DNA of 64,000 nucleotides from Macrostomum lignano (Eukaryota): NCBI GenBank assembly GCA_002269645.1, contig NIVC01000163.1, positions 248,001 to 312,000 of the forward strand, read 5' to 3'. Shown piece by piece: positions 59,501 to 64,000 of this stretch (position 1 is its first letter; each line of letters starts with the position of its first letter). The notes under the pieces were generated by a model. It saw only the letters and a program-made list of their open reading frames with translations, ran no database searches and was not told where the DNA came from. The position numbers and the translations under genes were made by a program.

Positions 59501-61861
59501 CGAACTCCACGCTGACATCGTCGAGGCGCCGGCCAGCCCCGACGAAGGTCTCGTAGTGGCCACGGCCGACCAGGGCGCTCACGGTGAAAGAGAACGTGTG
59601 GAAGGAGACGGAGCGAGCGAAGGCCAGGGCAGCCAGGCGGTTCGCCACCTCCTGAGGCAGTCCGCGAGACCTGATGGCCTGCTGCAACTCCTGCCGGGCC
59701 ACCGAGCCCTGAACCAGCCGACTGCTGGCTTGCGGTGCCACCAGCAGACACGTCGGGCAGACGACTCCGCCAGGCAGGGGCGAAGCCAGCTGCCCCAGCT
59801 GACTGCGGAGCGCGCTGGATACTCCGGACTGAGCTGGGCGACTCAGCGCTCTGAAGGATGCGGGCTGAGGGCCGAAGCGCCTGGCAGACAGGGACTGAAG
59901 GCAGCAGCAGCTGCTCACGAGCGCAAGCAGCAGAAGATTTTCGCTGCAGAGCATTCTGTTACTTGACTGGACAGCAGATTTATCTAGAGAATACTGGGTT
60001 GTTTTTGCCATGGGCTTTCTGCAGGGCTGCCGTATTTATAGTCTCAGAAATCACCTTGACATGGACCTCTGTGTGGGGGCCGCAGCTTTCACATTTCTTT
60101 CCCCTTTTCCTGCAAATGCTTCTATTTCTGCTTCCTGTGCTTGCCTTCCGAATAAGGTGTTGCCGATTTCCGTTTGTGCACTGAGGGCTTCAAGTACTTA
60201 CATAAGACTCAAATGCACCTTGAGCACCTGGTCGGCTTGCAGAGCTTTCCGACTGATAAGGCACTTGCAGCCCACGCACTGCAACATATTTTTTACTTGA
60301 CCACTTTTTATAATACAAGCAGTACTCTGCAGCAACATCGAAAAGTCGCTATCACAGAAGATTCCGTCTGTGGTTGTCACTTTGAGAGTGCAGGTAAAAA
60401 GTCTCTCAATCTTTGCGAGTGACGCAACTCAGCTACGCCGCGGCAGACTTGAGTTGAGGAATGAAGTCGGTGGAGCGGTGTGCGAGGGTTGGACGGATTG
60501 AAGCTACCCCGATCAGTTTTCTCGCATCTTTTATTTTTAGAATAGTCCTAGAGAAATTGCTCACTGGCGCATAGAGTGGCGACTTTTCAGTGTTGCTGAG
60601 TATAAATGAGGTGTTTTTTCAACTTTTCTGCACTCAGCTCTCAATCAAGAAAGTTCGATATAAAATATTAAACATGCAAATGAGAAAAACCAATTCGAAA
60701 AGTGTACTTCCAAAGTCACGAGCTAACCAAAGTTTGATTGATTGATTGAATGAATGATTGATGAGCTATTCATTTAGTCAAGTATTAATGTCACTGCCCC
60801 CGTAGACTTGCAGACTCACACCTGACAAGTTTCCACGAAAACAATCTGAGACAAGTTGACCAAAGAAAGTCCTTTTACGAGCGTACTATAATTAGCTCGC
60901 GAGCTGTCTTATACCCAGCATGTTCTCACCTTTGCTCGTCTTTATAGATGGAGAAATTCCGATAGCTGCATGCCTCGGAGTTGTACCTGCAGTACAGCAC
61001 CGTCTCGTGTGCCTGTTGAAACACTTCGGCGTTACGATAGGCGACACTTTTCAACGCCAGCTTGCCGTCCTCATAGGCGTCGAAGGCTTCAATTGGGACG
61101 CTAGAATTGAAGTCTGTTGGCAGTTGCAGTTGGTGGAACAGACGGGGAACGTCGTAGATCATATGGGTTAAGCCTCGTGGCTTGCCTGCGAATTTTTGAG
61201 GAAGGGTTGAAAGGTCAAATTTGAGACTGTTTGATAGAGCAGAATAGTTGTACTTAATTCGTTTCGTCATATTTAATATAAATACAGGACTTTGTTTCCT
61301 AGAAACCTTTAAAGTATAGAACGTCAAGGAAAGAGTTACCTCTGCCCTCCGACTCTGCGATCCTCAGCTTTGCTGGTAGATAGCTCAGGGTCCCTGGTGC
61401 TGATGCCCCTGGTGCTGGCGCCCCTGTTGCTGGCGCCCCTGTTGCTGGCGCCCCTGGTACTCGCGCATCAGAGATGCGGCCCCCACTAAATTGTCATGAG
61501 ACTCCTCACCTTTAATGGTGAAGTTGCTAGCAATAACTGCGCCACTTTCCAGGATGAACCCTGTTGGACAGATGGTGACAGCCGGAAACTGCAGATCGAC
61601 TTCGTCGGTGAGGAACTCAGTGCTGACCGGATACATCAGGTAGCGACTGACCAGCTGGCTGAGGTGCACGCAGAAACCGCAGAAGCCTGCAGCGATGAGG
61701 CAGCACCAGACTGCTCGGTGCAAATTGTCGTCTTGAATGAGCCGGCGAACACCGTGAGCGCTAGTCCGGCCGGCAAAGGTGACCAGAGCTGTTGATACAG
61801 CGTCTGAATTGTGGCTGCATAGAGACTTCGGAGGAGGCTGGAACTCGGGCGGCTTCGTCAT
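53580..61861 (-). CDS. DEG/ENaC (ASIC-like) channel subunit A, ~670 aa, 6 exons (61861-61510, 61185-60930, 56133-55973, 55852-55533, 55294-54784, 53992-53580)
   Basis: Pre-TM1 TSAHG, TM1, FPAVTICP, GLYLLL, GFKVVLHEP, CGC thumb, LFSDLGGIFGLWIGVSIITLIE (TM2 with G-x-S filter). All joins GT-AG and phase-consistent (2013 nt). Confidence 0.9.
54190..54620 (-). mobile_element. Degraded LINE reverse-transcriptase relic in ENaC-A intron 5
   Basis: Minus-strand fragments YRSILRSLLS and FVDIERAFENV resemble RT motifs YRPISLLS and FxDxxKAFDSV; broken by stops and frameshifts. Confidence 0.45.
55395..55555 (-). repeat. 43-bp tandem quadruplication of the ENaC-A exon-4 end and splice donor
   Basis: Minus strand CATCAGCTGCCTGAGGAG|GT... 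occurs four times, each copy followed by GT. Confidence 0.85.
56428..57243. mobile_element. Older MITE nested within the cargo element
   Basis: Imperfect inverted ends (TGTGACGTTG...CAAAAGGGCCGTTGGAC / GTCAAACGGCCCTTTTG...AACGTGACAGTGCA); related to 20525-21400. Confidence 0.55.
57560..58085. repeat. ~127-bp tandem repeat x4 inside the cargo element
   Basis: GCAGTGATAAA recurs at 57560, 57695, 57821, 57948 and 58075. Confidence 0.9.
58629..59954 (-). CDS. Intronless secreted protein of unrecognised family, 441 aa from the likely start at 59954 (460 aa from 60011)
   Basis: Uninterrupted GC-rich ORF; signal peptide MLCSENLLLLALVSSCCCLQSLSA; CPTC, C-KRRWFIRR-C, RSRR furin-type site followed by an acidic spacer; TATA box upstream. 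Confidence 0.85.
   Translation of the reverse strand: MLCSENLLLLALVSSCCCLQSLSARRFGPQPASFRALSRPAQSGVSSALRSQLGQLASPLPGGVVCPTCLLVAPQASSRLVQGSVARQELQQAIRSRGLPQEVANRLAALAFARSVSFHTFSFTVSALVGRGHYETFVGAGRRLDDVSVEFGIVHSVATAQLVAKTTPVPMRSCKRRWFIRRCRSWTQQVPRGLTAEELRQVEAGLRHFAIAAAASRVAASSGMLRSRRSAEEVASDAPEAPEVVEELQLEVSTTAGPTAATSEDGGNATLVELVRTGFDRLAISATSQTLRRIPVSMATAFASVFTRSLGLPKSLAGPLRVAVIEAAVTATADGALKQISALFNSEDDPAAIRFTQLGLVRRQSSFDLTSATVRLEARFADRLQLLVSQEGDDEVIRIRRLPAQVSHHDVRQALRLLRAAAEGHLSGKLLPALPEESRRF
60033..60040 (-). promoter_or_regulatory. TATA box (TATAAATA) of the cargo gene
   Basis: Minus strand CTATAAATACGGC. The expected TSS near 60010 would make ATG 59954 (the signal-peptide Met) the functional start. 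Confidence 0.55.
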
Positions 61862-62409
61862 GGCTTGATGAGGCTTCTGTTGCACAGCTTTGCTACGAGT
61901 ATTCGAAGCGATTCTGTGGCTTTCTAACCCTTGAAATTCCGTCAGATGGCAGGCGTCAGATGGGGATTCTGGTCCAATCAAATCCCGATGGAGATTTTGA
62001 TTCGTTATCATCCCAGCAGCTTAAGCAGAGCTTGCCACTTTGGCTCGTATATCTTATCGGTATTTAGTGGGGAAACTCCGGCTCAGAGTTCGGCTTTTTC
62101 AATAGAGAAAGAATTGATTTGTCCGAGATAAAAGCATCCGCTGCTAAATTATTTACAACGTCCAAAATAGAATAAGAGAGGCGATTACTCGCCACGTGCC
62201 AATTTTTCCGGACGATTTTTGAGTTATTAATAAATCGGTAAGCGCTCGGGCAGAACGGAGATTAGATAGGCTTCTGGTCCTTCTTGCTGAGCCTTGCACA
62301 GAAATTTTTTTAGGAATTCAGACGATTGTTTGGGACTAAAAATGACCGTCAGGAAGTGGCTACGATAAAGGGGTGAGAGAAATGGGCGAATAAACGGGCG
62401 CCGAATGGC

Positions 62410-62885
62410 TGTCAGAAGGTGGCGCCAAACTATAGGTGTCAGGAGGTGGCGCCAAACTATAGGTGTCAGGAGGTGGCGCCAAACTATAGGTGTCAGGAGG
62501 TGGCGCCAAACTATAGGTGTCAGGAGGTGGCGTCAAACTATAGGTGTCAGGAGGTGGCGCCAAACTATAGGTGTCAGGAGGTGGCGCCAAAACATAGGTG
62601 TCAGGAGGTGGCGCCAAAACATAGGTGTCAGGAGGCGGCGCTTAAAACATAGGTGTCAGGAGGTGGCGCTTAAAACATAGGTGTCAGGAGGTGGCGCTTA
62701 AAACATAGGTGTCAGGAGGTGGCGCTTAAAACATAGGTGTCAGGAGGTGGCGCTTAAAACATAGGTGTCAGGAGGTGGCGCTTAAAGCATAATTGTCACG
62801 AAGTGGTGCCTAATGAGGTGTCGGAAAATGGCGCCAAACGAGGTGTCAGGAGGTGGCACCAAAACATAGGTATCAGGATGTGGCA
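62410..62885. repeat. 27-bp minisatellite (GTCAGGAGGTGGCGCCAAACTATAGGT)n between the divergent ENaC genes
   Basis: Direct reading; period 27. Confidence 0.95.
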
Positions 62886-62950
62886 TCAAAATATAGGTGT
62901 CAGAAGCTTATTAAGTTCAGTCATGATAATGAAATGATCAGTTAGTCTGT

Positions 62951-63338
62951 ATGAGTTCAACAATGCAAACAAATCCCTTCGCGCATGCAGGTCAAACAAT
63001 AAACATGAGCATCAACCGTCGAAACTGGAGATTTCGTCTCAGCGCAGCGCTCCAAGAATTCGCCAGGGACACCACGGCGCACGGCGTAGCCCGAGTTGCT
63101 CAGGCAGCTGCCCCGGTGCCGCAGCGACTCACCTGGGCCTGTCTCGTTCTGCTAGCGTTCGGCGGTTTCACCTGGCACCTCACCCAGCTGACCCAGCGCT
63201 ACCTGGAGTACCCGGTCACCACTGAGCTGCTTCTATCCGACGGTGATAACTTTGAGTTCCCGGATGTGACAGTTTGTCCGAACGACTTCATTGTGCGAGA
63301 CAATCCATTGTCTATTACTAGTCGGTATACTGTGAAAG
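62951..63338 (+). CDS. DEG/ENaC channel subunit B, exon 1 (gene continues beyond the window)
   Basis: TTAHG, TM1, YLEYPV, FPDVTVCP; donor GTAAGT at 63339, at the same T.K-G position as intron 1 of subunit A. Confidence 0.88.
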
Positions 63339-63439
63339 GTAAGTACTCGTAACTTTCAATTTTAAAATTCAACACTTGGCGGTGCAACTCTAACCACCCA
63401 ATATATGTATCTTAATAGGCCAAAGACCATATTAAGAAG

Positions 63440-63820
63440 TTCCTATATATCAGGGAGTAGCAATCTACCGAAGGACCATGTCAAGGAGTAGTAACCTACC
63501 GAAGGACCATGTCAAGGAGTAGCTATCTACCGAAGGACCATATCAGGGAGTAGCAATCTACCGAAGGACCATATCAGGGAGTAGCAATCTACCGAAGGAC
63601 CATATCAGGGAGTAGCAATCTACCGAAGGACCATATCAGGGAGTAGCAATCTACCGAAGGACCATATCAGGGAGTAGCTATCTACCGAAGGACCATATCA
63701 GGGAGTAGCTATCTACCGAAGGACCATATTAGGGAGTAGTAACCTACCCAAGGACCATGTCAAGGAGTAGTAACCTACCCAAGGACCATGTCAGGGAATA
63801 GCAATCTACCGAGGGACCAT
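63440..63820. repeat. 31-bp minisatellite (AGGGAGTAGCAATCTACCGAAGGACCATATC)n in ENaC-B intron 1
   Basis: Direct reading; period 31. Confidence 0.93.
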
Positions 63821-64000
63821 AGGAGAGAGTTTGCCTGCACTTAACCAATCATTTAGATGGATAAATCTTACTCAAACAAGAGAGCACTTGCAGCTAGACC
63901 ACTTGTGACTCGGCAACATAATCATGTAATGTAGTGTAATGTCAAACACGATTTATCCATTTAGCCATGTGACTGAATCTGTACGATTATTTGCCTGCGG

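Larger units (their letters stand above)
56203..60602. mobile_element. 4.4-kb Tc1-family TIR element carrying a cargo gene, in ENaC-A intron 2
   Basis: TA flanks. The outer TIRs are identical for 64 bp and ~97 bp overall (TACTCAGCAACACTGAAAAGTCGCCAC...), with a second inverted block 56311-56395 vs ~60330-60417. No transposase inside. Confidence 0.9.

Noticed and set aside
58888-59966. Overlapping plus-strand and alternative-frame ORFs over the cargo gene
   Set aside because: Expected shadow ORFs of a GC-rich coding sequence.
58629-60011. Horizontal origin of the cargo ORF argued from high GC
   Set aside because: Host exons such as 37320-37831 and 42476-43087 are similarly GC-rich, so composition is not evidence; a homology search is needed.
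61385-61509. QGRQQQ repeat as part of the ENaC protein
   Set aside because: It lies after the GTGAGG donor at 61509, whose position is conserved in the paralog; it is intronic.

Overview
Eukaryotic (invertebrate animal) genomic DNA with spliced genes, GC-rich exons and introns packed with tandem repeats. The style is consistent with a flatworm such as Macrostomum, but that is an inference. Genes reconstructed by hand from splice sites and reading-frame phase: MBF1/EDF1 (minus, 2 exons), a rolling-stone-like membrane protein (plus, 2 exons), a degraded TRP-like channel (minus), a 25-exon ~1800-aa NACHT+WD40 STAND protein (plus, 31739-52104) with a nested antisense secreted fibrinogen-domain gene, and two head-to-head DEG/ENaC channel genes (one complete, one running off the window). 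The region 5-29 kb is a graveyard of nested DNA transposons (hAT, MULE/foldback, Merlin, Tc1, mariner, Helitron-like) plus SINE and LINE fragments. The most striking object is a 4.4-kb TA-flanked element with near-identical bipartite terminal inverted repeats (56203-60602) in a DEG/ENaC intron. It encodes no transposase but carries an intact, intronless, TATA-driven gene for an unrecognised secreted two-domain protein with a basic/aromatic Cys-closed loop and a furin-type site. Its TIR tips match a Tc1 transposase relic elsewhere in the window, so it looks like a Tc1-family cargo (Pack-type) transposon. No database searches were run.
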